Assembly (NCBI GenBank): GCA_963845755.1
Contig: CAWJTV010000036.1
Span: 384,001-448,000 of the forward strand
Reading direction: 5' to 3'
DNA: 64,000 nt
Source: an uncultured Planctomycetota bacterium
GTDB taxonomy: Bacteria; Planctomycetota; Planctomycetia; Isosphaerales; Isosphaeraceae
The first letter of the stretch is position 1, and every line of letters begins with the position of its first letter. This document shows, one piece after another, positions 12,401-24,300 of this stretch. A program made the translations under genes and the position numbers. The notes beneath the pieces were generated by a model. It made no database searches, was not told the origin of the DNA, and saw only the letters and a program-made list of their open reading frames with translations.

Positions 12401-15400
12401 ATGCGGCCCCAATCGTTGCCGCCGCGAGTTGACGCGACCAATCCACCACAACAAGGATTGAAACATGATAGCGGATTAGGTGGATTGAGGCGACCTTGGG
12501 AGGTTGACGCGACCAATCCACCACAACAAGGATTGAAACCACGCGCCGTAGAACCGCTGATTGGCGTCTATCAGGTTGACGCGACCAATCCACCACAACA
12601 AGGATTGAAACGGAGCTGGAGCAGCGTCGAATCCTTCACGCTCTCCGTTGACGCGACCAATCCACCACAACAAGGATTGAAACCCGACAGCCAGGCCGCC
12701 GTAACCCCAATCCCGGGCAAAGTTGACGCGACCAATCCACCACAACAAGGATTGAAACAGCATCAGGGCATGATCCGGGCGCTCCACCGCGAAGACGTTG
12801 ACGCGACCAATCCACCACAACAAGGATTGAAACTTTTCGTCATGGGCAGTCACCCGGAGAAATGGTCGAAGTTGACGCGACCAATCCACCACAACAAGGA
12901 TTGAAACCGGCATGTTCGCGTGGCTGAGGATCTGCCCGTCCGCTGTTGACGCGACCAATCCACCACAACAAGGATTGAAACGGCCACCGCCTCGGGGAAC
13001 CGGATGCCCAAGTGCCGCAGTTGACGCGACCAATCCACCACAACAAGGATTGAAACCCCGCGGCTGGGCCAGGGCCAGCATCCGCGTCGAGGGTTGACGC
13101 GACCAATCCACCACAACAAGGATTGAAACATCGTGTAAACCAGGTTCTTCGCACCCGCGGAACTGTTGACGCGACCAATCCACCACAACAAGGATTGAAA
13201 CTCCTGACGCATCCTTCGGTCGCCCCGGCTCGCCAAGGTTGACGCGACCAATCCACCACAACAAGGATTGAAACATGAGGCGCAGCTGCAATCGCAGCTA
13301 TACGAATCGACTCGTTGACGCGACCAATCCACCACAACAAGGATTGAAACTCGCGCATCGTCCCGGTGTTAACCGGTGCCTGCGCCTTGTTGACGCGACC
13401 AATCCACCACAACAAGGATTGAAACAATCTCCGATGCGAGGTAAGGAACCAAGGGAAGCCGGTTGACGCGACCAATCCACCACAACAAGGATTGAAACTC
13501 GATGCGAGGGTCCATTGTATCGGAAAGCCGCATTTGTTGACGCGACCAATCCACCACAACAAGGATTGAAACGTCGCCCTGGACCCATGATGACCCCGAA
13601 AAATTGTAGGTTGACGCGACCAATCCACCACAACAAGGATTGAAACCTTCCTGATCGCATCGATCAACTCGATTTCGCCTGCGTTGACGCGACCAATCCA
13701 CCACAACAAGGATTGAAACCTCGGGCGTTGGGTCCAGCTTGCAGACGATGGTTCGGAGTTGACGCGACCAATCCACCACAACAAGGATTGAAACCCCGGA
13801 AAGTATTTCCCGGCCTCCCGGAGGGCCAAGGCGTTGACGCGACCAATCCACCACAACAAGGATTGAAACAACGCCATGCGCTGTGTCCAGCATGCGCCGT
13901 TTCTCGTGTTGACGCGACCAATCCACCACAACAAGGATTGAAACAGATACATCCGGTATTCATGCCCGAGAGGCACGATAGGTTGACGCGACCAATCCAC
14001 CACAACAAGGATTGAAACGCCATCACGCCCGAGCGCGTCGCCAAGGTGACCGGCGTGTTGACGCGACCAATCCACCACAACAAGGATTGAAACATCGCCG
14101 TCGCCGCCGCGATCTCGTGCGGCGGGTCCAGTTGACGCGACCAATCCACCACAACAAGGATTGAAACTCGATCGCGCGGGTCGCAATGTCGGAGATCGTC
14201 TCGGTTGACGCGACCAATCCACCACAACAAGGATTGAAACGACGCCGAATTGTTCTGGATGAACAGCGCCTTGAGTTGACGCGACCAATCCACCACAACA
14301 AGGATTGAAACATCAAAACTCGGAAGCAGACCTCGCGGAATCGATCTTGTTGACGCGACCAATCCACCACAACAAGGATTGAAACCCGTCGGAGCGGTCA
14401 ACGCCGCCCAGGGCGGTCTGGGGTTGACGCGACCAATCCACCACAACAAGGATTGAAACTTCGGGGCTCATGGCCTCCCACCTCGCCCGCGCCGCCTCGT
14501 TGACGCGACCAATCCACCACAACAAGGATTGAAACTCGTCGCGCGGCGTCAGGAGCATTCGAGCGGCGCAAGTTGACGCGACCAATCCACCACAACAAGG
14601 ATTGAAACTCGAGGATGATCTTGCGGCGCCCCCTGGGGACCTTGGGTTGACGCGACCAATCCACCACAACAAGGATTGAAACATCGGTCACCCAACCTCA
14701 CGGAGCATTCCGATGGAAAGTTGACGCGACCAATCCACCACAACAAGGATTGAAACTAGATCGCCTCGGCCGACTTGAACACATCCACCCAATGTTGACG
14801 CGACCAATCCACCACAACAAGGATTGAAACATTGAAGATCGTCTCGACGGCCTCGCGCCGCCGTTGCTGTTGACGCGACCAATCCACCACAACAAGGATT
14901 GAAACATCGCGGGACGCGAATCAGAATTGAGCGATCTGCACACGTTGACGCGACCAATCCACCACAACAAGGATTGAAACGGAAGTGACCGGAGGGACTC
15001 CGGATCATCGGTCCGAAGTTGACGCGACCAATCCACCACAACAAGGATTGAAACCCGGCACGGTGCGCGCGGCCGAAGTCCGGCCGCGGCGGGTTGACGC
15101 GACCAATCCACCACAACAAGGATTGAAACGGCGTGGGCGGGGCGGGAGGCGTCGGAGCTGGAGGAAGTTGACGCGACCAATCCACCACAACAAGGATTGA
15201 AACTCGTCCTGCCCGTTGCCCCGGACCAGGTAGCCCTTGCGTTGACGCGACCAATCCACCACAACAAGGATTGAAACACGCGGACCGGCGCGGCCGACTG
15301 GGCGCGCGCCGACGTTGACGCGACCAATCCACCACAACAAGGATTGAAACATCGTGATCGCGGTGATTGGGACCTCATCGGGGTCGAGTTGACGCGACCA

Positions 15401-18400
15401 ATCCACCACAACAAGGATTGAAACGAGAGGCCGAGCGCCATCTCATAGGTGGTCCCGCCGTTGACGCGACCAATCCACCACAACAAGGATTGAAACCTTG
15501 TCGCGGCCCTGCAGCCCGATCAGGAGGAACGGCAGTTGACGCGACCAATCCACCACAACAAGGATTGAAACCCGATGGCGAGCAGTCGGACATATTTGAG
15601 AGAGTCGAGTTGACGCGACCAATCCACCACAACAAGGATTGAAACGCGGCTGACGGCGGAGAGGGCTTGGGCTTGGGCTTGTTGACGCGACCAATCCACC
15701 ACAACAAGGATTGAAACCTCGGTGGCGATCGCCGCGCCGCTGCGGCTCCCGATGTTGACGCGACCAATCCACCACAACAAGGATTGAAACAACAGCGCTG
15801 CCGGGGCGTGCGTGAAGCCGTTGGCGGTTGACGCGACCAATCCACCACAACAAGGATTGAAACCGTGCGGCGCCGCTCAGCCCGCGTCTGCGCCGCTTCG
15901 CGTTGACGCGACCAATCCACCACAACAAGGATTGAAACTCGATCGCGCGGGTCGCAATGTCGGAGATCGTCTCGGTTGACGCGACCAATCCACCACAACA
16001 AGGATTGAAACGCGAGCTGCTCCGCCGTGAGCCCCTGGACTTCCTCGTTGACGCGACCAATCCACCACAACAAGGATTGAAACGGCGAGTGCTTCAGACG
16101 CGCGACCAACCGGTCCTTGGGGTTGACGCGACCAATCCACCACAACAAGGATTGAAACCCAATGTGACCGTTCTGGTGTACAGTTGCCATCAGTGTTGAC
16201 GCGACCAATCCACCACAACAAGGATTGAAACAAGAGCAACTCCGTCGCGATCTCCATGACCACGCTGAGTTGACGCGACCAATCCACCACAACAAGGATT
16301 GAAACATCATATCGTCATCATTACATCTCCCGACGATGACGAGGTTGACGCGACCAATCCACCACAACAAGGATTGAAACGGTCCATGCCATGGGTTATA
16401 CGAGTGCCCTCACGGCAGTTGACGCGACCAATCCACCACAACAAGGATTGAAACTATAACGACAATTACCATGCTGTCAATACCGGATCGTTGACGCGAC
16501 CAATCCACCACAACAAGGATTGAAACAGCTGCTCGGCGATCCCGTCGCGATCGAGCCGGGCCGGTTGACGCGACCAATCCACCACAACAAGGATTGAAAC
16601 TGGACCTCGCAGCGGACATCCGCCAGCTTGGCCAAGTTGACGCGACCAATCCACCACAACAAGGATTGAAACACCCAGGGGATCGACGCACTGATGTCGT
16701 GGAATTCCAGTTGACGCGACCAATCCACCACAACAAGGATTGAAACGAGGATCGCCCGTTCGGCCGAGGCCGGGGCCGGGAACGTTGACGCGACCAATCC
16801 ACCACAACAAGGATTGAAACCTCTGGCCCGTCCCGTTGATCGCGGCCAGGTCGACGCGTTGACGCGACCAATCCACCACAACAAGGATTGAAACATGATT
16901 CGACATAGGATCGCCCTCGAATGCGACTGCGCCGGTTGACGCGACCAATCCACCACAACAAGGATTGAAACACGAACCGCAGGGGATTATCTGACCTGTT
17001 ACGGAGACGTTGACGCGACCAATCCACCACAACAAGGATTGAAACTGCGCATGGGCCGAGGATCGCTTCGGTCCAGGAAGGGCGTTGACGCGACCAATCC
17101 ACCACAACAAGGATTGAAACGTCGCGATAGATGGAGAGAGCGTCGGACTTCGGGGGTTGACGCGACCAATCCACCACAACAAGGATTGAAACCGGTCCAG
17201 GAGCTGGTGGCCGAGGCCCTCCGCGACGTGTTGACGCGACCAATCCACCACAACAAGGATTGAAACACCGACTTCCCGGCTTCCTTGGCCTCGCGGACGA
17301 CGGTTGACGCGACCAATCCACCACAACAAGGATTGAAACGGCACATAGCCGCCATTGACCCCGATCCCGCTCTCGAGTTGACGCGACCAATCCACCACAA
17401 CAAGGATTGAAACGATCCGCCGCGCGATCGAGGAACGACATGATCCAATGTTGACGCGACCAATCCACCACAACAAGGATTGAAACGTCGCGCCGGTCAC
17501 GACGCCCACCCGCAGCCTTGACGTTGACGCGACCAATCCACCACAACAAGGATTGAAACCGGGACCTCGATGTCGTCGAGCAGCCCATCGCCGGCGTTGA
17601 CGCGACCAATCCACCACAACAAGGATTGAAACACCTCGGCCCAGAAGGTGCCGACGAGCGTCGGGGTCTGGTTGACGCGACCAATCCACCACAACAAGGA
17701 TTGAAACGCGACCACGGGGGCTTGCTGTCCGGGCAGGATCAGAGTTGACGCGACCAATCCACCACAACAAGGATTGAAACCACCGGAAGCCCATGGTTAT
17801 GAGCCACGGGTGAAGAGTTGACGCGACCAATCCACCACAACAAGGATTGAAACCCCGCGAGAGCGGCCACGATCGCGAGCGACGTTCGTGTTGACGCGAC
17901 CAATCCACCACAACAAGGATTGAAACCCAAGAGCAAGGCGGGGGCATCAAATGAGGATATCATGTTGACGCGACCAATCCACCACAACAAGGATTGAAAC
18001 ATGATTCAGGAGCAACACCGAATGTTGAACTCCCTGGTTGACGCGACCAATCCACCACAACAAGGATTGAAACTTCTTCGGATCATAGGCCGGGTCCAAG
18101 GCGGTCGGTAGTTGACGCGACCAATCCACCACAACAAGGATTGAAACGCGCTCAACATGGACGTCAAGTCGATCGTCGAGCCCGTGTTGACGCGACCAAT
18201 CCACCACAACAAGGATTGAAACACCTCGTCGGCGTCGGGCTTGGACTCCACGATCACCTTGTTGACGCGACCAATCCACCACAACAAGGATTGAAACTCG
18301 AGCGGAGACGTGGTGGGCTCGTTGTGGCCCTCCATGTTGACGCGACCAATCCACCACAACAAGGATTGAAACCGATCGATAGACTCTCGCCTGCTCGCCC

Positions 18401-19634
18401 GCGACTCGAGTTGACGCGACCAATCCACCACAACAAGGATTGAAACACGGCGACGAGTTCAGCCAGCGTCTCGACGGCCTGCCGTTGACGCGACCAATCC
18501 ACCACAACAAGGATTGAAACTAGGCGATCTGCGTCACCGCGCCGCCGAACTGGATCGTTGACGCGACCAATCCACCACAACAAGGATTGAAACCCGGATC
18601 GACACCCGGCCCGTCGCCAGGCTCATTGGTGTTGACGCGACCAATCCACCACAACAAGGATTGAAACCGGAAGTCCTCCGAGGCCTCGAGGGCCACATCG
18701 TGCTGTTGACGCGACCAATCCACCACAACAAGGATTGAAACAATCGGGCGTGTCGGGCGCCTCCCCTGCCCCGGGTCGCAGTTGACGCGACCAATCCACC
18801 ACAACAAGGATTGAAACATTGTGCTCCGCGTTGGCCAAGGTGATCTGAACTTGTTGACGCGACCAATCCACCACAACAAGGATTGAAACAAGTTGCGGTA
18901 GACCGCGGGAAGGTCTTCCGCAAATCGTTGACGCGACCAATCCACCACAACAAGGATTGAAACTTTGCCAGCGAGGTCGTCTTGCTGCCCGCGAAGCTGG
19001 TGTTGACGCGACCAATCCACCACAACAAGGATTGAAACGGTACATCAATGCGTCGTGGTTGGGCTCGATATCGACGTTGACGCGACCAATCCACCACAAC
19101 AAGGATTGAAACGCCGTGAGCCCGGCCCCGGGCTATTCGCTGGCATGAGAGTTGACGCGACCAATCCACCACAACAAGGATTGAAACCGGCAGATCCGCG
19201 GCAATCCCCAGCAGATGAGCGAGCGTTGACGCGACCAATCCACCACAACAAGGATTGAAGTTTGACTTACCCGTCCTGATTATTGGCCAGGGCTCACGCG
19301 GAGACGCGGAGACGCGGAGGGGAGGATGGCTGGATTTCTTCGCGCCTCCGCGCCTCCGCGTGACGAGTCCTCGCTGACGCGTCCAATCCACCACAACAAG
19401 GATTGAAACCGGTCCGCGGTGTAGAAAATTCCAGGTCCCCGGTATTGGGTTGACGCGACCAATCCGCCACAACAAGGATTGAAACCCATCGAGGGATCTC
19501 ACGCGGAGACGCGGAGACGCGGAGTTGACGCGACCAATCCACTGCAACAAGGATTGAAACTGTTGATCGCGGCCTGCTCGATTACGAGACACGGGGCGTT
19601 GACGCGACCAATCCACCACAACAAGGATTGAAAC
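6413..19634 (+). CRISPR. CRISPR array, roughly 180 repeats (estimated from span and ~73-bp period); repeat GTTGACGCGACCAATCCACCACAACAAGGATTGAAAC (37 bp), spacers mostly ~33-41 bp
   Basis: Directly visible. 3' ATTGAAAC handle, internal CAATCC/GGATTG stem, degenerate repeats after 19225 and a final GTTGAC stub at ~19672. Confidence 0.99.
19293..19363. repeat. REP-like hairpin inside the CRISPR trailer
   Basis: TCACGCGGAGACGCGGAGACGCGGAG ... CTTCGCGCCTCCGCGCCTCCGCGTGA: 26-nt inverted arms with 3 mismatches. Confidence 0.8.
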
Positions 19635-19838
19635 CAGAGATGAGGTGCGTTGGGAGCTTGCGGAGTCGGAGGTTGACACCGATTTCAGCCTTCCGCTGCC
19701 ATTCCGCTCACGCGCTGGCCGGATTATTGACTTGTTCGCGTATTCGATGCGAGGATGAAAGGGATTCGGTCACCTCGATTCCGAACGACTGGTCGTCTCG
19801 GCCGCTTCGTCGCTGAGCGCCTCAACCCGGAGGATTCC

Positions 19839-21298
19839 ATGCGTGCCTGGAGAATCTTCGTCGGCGCCGTTGCCTTCGCAGCCTTCTCGCTAGCCACCGT
19901 TGTCGCGTCAAGCCGTGCGGACGATCTGTTCGCCAACAACCTGGGAATCTATTACGAAAAAGTCGCGTACGACGACGGCACGTTCGGCGCGAAGTTGACT
20001 CGTGCCGCCCGAGGCCAATAGTCCAGCGGCGCAGATTGGACTGGAAGTGGGCGACGTCGTCTTCATGATGGACGACCAGAGGTTCCGAACGCCGCAAGAT
20101 GTGCTGAGTCACGTGAACAATACATCCGTGACGCTGATCGACGTCCGTACGGGCCAGGTCAAACAGGCCGTCGTCGTCCTTCCGGGAGCCGCTCCCGGTC
20201 CCGATCCGGTGGGCCCGATCCCGCCGGGTGCGGGAGATCTCTTCGCCGACAACCTGGGGATCCATTACGAGAAGGTCACGTATGGCGACGGCACGTTCGG
20301 CGCGAAGTTGACTCGTGCCGCCCGAGGCCAACACACCGGCGGCTCAGATTAGACTGGAGGCGGGCGACGTTGTCTTCATGATGGACGGCCAGAGGTTCCG
20401 CACGCCGCAAGACGTGCTGAATCACGTGAACAATACGTCCGTGACACTGATCGACGTCCGTACCGGTCAGGTGCAACAGGCCGACGTCGTCCTTCCGGGA
20501 GCCGTTCGTGGCGTCAATCCAACGGACCACGTCCAGCCGCGCCAGGGTGCATTGAAATCCGGATGGATCACTCAGCCCGATTTGAGGAGCGTCGTCAGGG
20601 AGGAGCTGCGCGGCGGACACGTCAAATACCGGCGGCCCAGTCTCGAGAATCACGGCCGTTTTCTGGACTGGAACCTCGGCGGTCCCGATCTTAATTTCTT
20701 CAATGCCAGTCCCGCGGTTTATGCTCAGTTCCAGGTCGAGATCATTCGCATGAGCCTGGTTCAGCAGCAGCAACGCAACTTCTGGGAGCCGTACCTTCAG
20801 CGCGTGGAAGGGCGGATCGCCGACCTCCTCGCGAAGGAACCGGCCGTAGGGCCCGAGCCGCGGCCCGCGCGGGAGGACGACGGGCCGGACGCGAAGGACG
20901 ATCCCGACGATGAGGAGATGGGAATGGCGCTGGGTGGTGTCGACGAAGAAGTCGAGAGAATCCTCAAGGAAGCGATCAACGCGAAGGCGAGGGCCAGTGG
21001 GCTGACTCCTCGCGAGAAGCGGCCGCCCGCCGAGGGAGGTATCAACCAGGTGACCCTCGCGACACCCAGCGGCCAGGGCCGTATCTACATCATGCCTCGA
21101 ACACCTTATTATATCCGAGCGTTCGCGCCCGTGTCTGTGAGTGATTTCAGCGCGTACGCCGCGGGGGCCACGACGGGACTGTTGAGCGGTGAGTACGTCT
21201 ACATGGTGCGCAATTCCGGAGGGGCGAGTACCCTGGCGCCTCACACGCCGATGAGCACCTTCCGCGTGGATCGCAGTGGAAGAATCCGGCTGCAATGA
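19839..21298 (+). CDS. Secreted protein with two tandem PDZ-like repeats and an unknown C-terminal region (two frameshifts)
   Basis: Signal-peptide-like MRAWRIFVGAVAFAAFSLATVVASSRA; repeated unit with SPAAQIGLEVGDVVFMMD (PDZ-like); ~313-bp internal duplication 19920-20503. Confidence 0.65.
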
Positions 21299-21328
21299 TG
21301 CCCGGCCAGGCGCGCCGAGCGAGCAATC

Positions 21329-24300
21329 ATGAGCACTTTGTTCATCAGCCACAGCAGCAAGGAGAACGACGAGGCCCTGGCGCTGCATGCGAAGCTGGCC
21401 AAGGAATGGGGATTCCAGAACGTTTTCCTCGACTTCCATGAAGTGGACGGCATTGCCGCTGGGAAAGAGTGGGAGCAAGAGCTGTATCGCAGGCTCCGCC
21501 TTTGTCAAGGGATTGTCGTCCTCTGCAGCAAGAACTCGCTGGCCTCACCCTGGTGCTTTGCCGAGATCACCCAAGCGCGGGCTCTGGGCAAGGAAATGTT
21601 CCTCGTCGAAATCTCGCCTTGCGAGGTACCCGCGGCGTTTCAAGACCGCCAGCTCGTCCGGTTAACTCCGGACGGACGAGTTGACTACGATCGACTTCTT
21701 CAAGGCCTGAAAGTCGCCGGCCTGGATCCGAAGGATGATTTTGAGTGGGACCCGAAGCGGTGCCCTTATCCGGGTCTTGACTGCTTCGAGGCCGCCGACG
21801 CCTATGTGTTTTTCGGCCGAAATGGGGAAATCACTGAGGTGACGGATGTCCTGAGGCGAATGCGCAATGGTCATGAGCGGCGCATGGCGGTGGTCATCGG
21901 TAGTTCGGGGAGCGGCAAGTCGTCGCTGCTCAGGGCCGGCGTCCTCCCCCGGCTGCGAAAGGACCGCGAGAAGTGGGTGGTTGTCCCGCCGTTTCGTCCG
22001 CGCAAGGCCCCGTTCGTCGAGTTAGCCAAGGCGCTTGCGCTCGAACTGGAAGCGGCGGCCCAGGAGGCATCGAAGGCAGCGGTACAGCGGCACGAGCGTT
22101 GGGAAGTGATCGCGGATCGGCTCACTCAAGAAGAGGGGGGGCGTCCTGGACTGGTCAGAATCGCAACGGAACTCCAGGCGACACGCGGCAAGGATGCCGC
22201 GGTCCTGCTGGTGATCGACCAGTTCGAGGAATTGCTCGAGAGCACGGCGAAAACCGACGCGAAGGACTTCTTGCGAACGCTCAACGAGTCGCTGTCACAT
22301 TTCGAGAGCCCTCTCGTCGTACTGGCCACGCTGCGCTCGGATTCACTCGCGTCCTTCCACGCACGGGGGCTCTCGTCGGAACCGATCCACGTTCAGCCCA
22401 TGGCGAAGGCTCGGTTTGCGGAGATCATCGAACGCCCCGCGACTCGGGTGGGCGTCCGTTTCGAACCGCCGAGTCTGATCAACAACATTGCGGCGGACAC
22501 GCAAACCGAGGATGCCCTCCCGCTGCTGGCGTTCACCTTGCGCGAGCTCTACCTGCACCGCGCCGCACCCGAGCGGATCACTCAAGCGGACTACGAGGGC
22601 GTCGGCAAGATCGACGAGGCGATCTCCAAGGCTGTCTCGCAAATCGAGAAAGGATTGCCGGGCCTGCCGGATGCAGGGCTGCGCGAGGTCTTTCTGGAGA
22701 TGGTCGACGAGGTTGACGGTAGCCTCCTTCGCAAGTCGCTTCCGGTCGAACGCGTGCCGGAACACGTCCGGCCCATTCTCGACAGGTTTGTGGACGAACG
22801 GCTCGTCGTCTTGCGCCGGGAGGATCACGGGGATGTCCTGGAGGTGGTGCACGAGTCCCTGTTTCGCGTCTGGCCCCGACTGAAGCGATGGATCGAGGAT
22901 GACCAGATTAATCGCCGAATCCGCCGGAGTTTGACGCTCGTAACGCGCAGTTGGGTCGAGCGAGGAGAGAAGGATTATGGTCTTGATATCGGTCCACGGT
23001 TCCTGGAGTGGGAGGACTGGGCTCGATCGCATCCCGAGCTGGTCGAACCCAAGCAAGGGGACTTTCTCGAGGCCTGTCGCAAAGAGCGCAAGGATATTCT
23101 GGAAGAGACCAAGAGGAAGGTGAGATGGTTGTATTTTGCATTGACCGTGGTGGCGATCGCTGTCGTGCTCGCGGGTATGGTCGCGTGGTCCGGGTGGAGA
23201 TTGTCGGACGTACGAAGCTCGAGCAAGGCAATGGCCGAGAAGGCCCGCTCCGTGGCCTCGACGTTGGAAAAGGACGCGCGGAAGCGCACCGACCTGTCCG
23301 GTTGGGACGAAGTCGTGCAGGCTGCGCAAGAGGCATTCAACCTGGCAAAGAACGCGGGAAGCGACCGCTTGCTCAAAGAGCTCGAGGAGGAGTTGGCGAA
23401 CTTCCGGAACGAGCGCGATCAGGCACTCAAGGACAGGCAAGCCTTTCGCGCGCTCGAGAATGCGCGCATCCTCGCGATTGGCCTCAAGACAGAGCAAAGA
23501 ATCTATCGATATCATTTCGATTTCGTGCTGGAAACGTACCGTAATGCCTTTGTTGAGTATGGAATTCATGCCGAGGATGGGCCCATCGCGGAGTCGGTCA
23601 AGATCATCGGTTCCAGCAAGATCCGCACGACGTTAACGGCGGTGCTCGACGACTGGGCGGATCGGACGCCGGACACGGCCCTGGCCTCGCGTCTCTATGC
23701 GCTCGCCCGCGAGAGCGACCCGGACGACCGCCACAACGCGCTGCGATCGTCCGTTGAAAGCCGCGACGCGGCCACTCTGAAGCGCATCGCGCAAAGCCGC
23801 GAGACGGACAGTCTTCCGGTTGTCTCCCTCGTGCGTCTGGGGTCGGCCTTGCTTTCCGTGGGTGAGGCGGATGTGGCCGTCAAGCTCTTGCGCACGGCCC
23901 ACGATCGTCACGCCGGCGATCTGTGGGTCAATCTGCATCTGGCTGAGTCCCTTTCGGACCTGGCAAATCCCCGCTACGAAGAAGCCGCCCGTTACTTCAC
24001 GGCGGCACTGGCGCTGCGGCCCGATAGCCCAAGCCTTCTGTACGACATCGGCGTCGTGCAGCACCGGAGGGGCGACCTGGATGAGGCGATTGCCAACTAC
24101 AGTGCCGCGATCGAACAGGACAAGCACTACACCTGGGCCTTCATCAATCGCGGCAACGCCAGGCTGGCAAAGCAGCAGTATGCCGGCGCACGCGACGACT
24201 TCCGGGAAGCGCTTCGGCTCGATTCGACGATCGTTCTCGCGCACTACGGGCTCGGAACCGTCGAGTACGAGTGTAAGAATTACGACGAGGCCATCAAGGA

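Noticed and set aside
6390..19679. Dozens of long ORFs with VSILVVVDWSRQ / FQSLLWWIGRVN / FNPCCGGLVAST
   Set aside because: These are translations of the CRISPR repeat, not genes.
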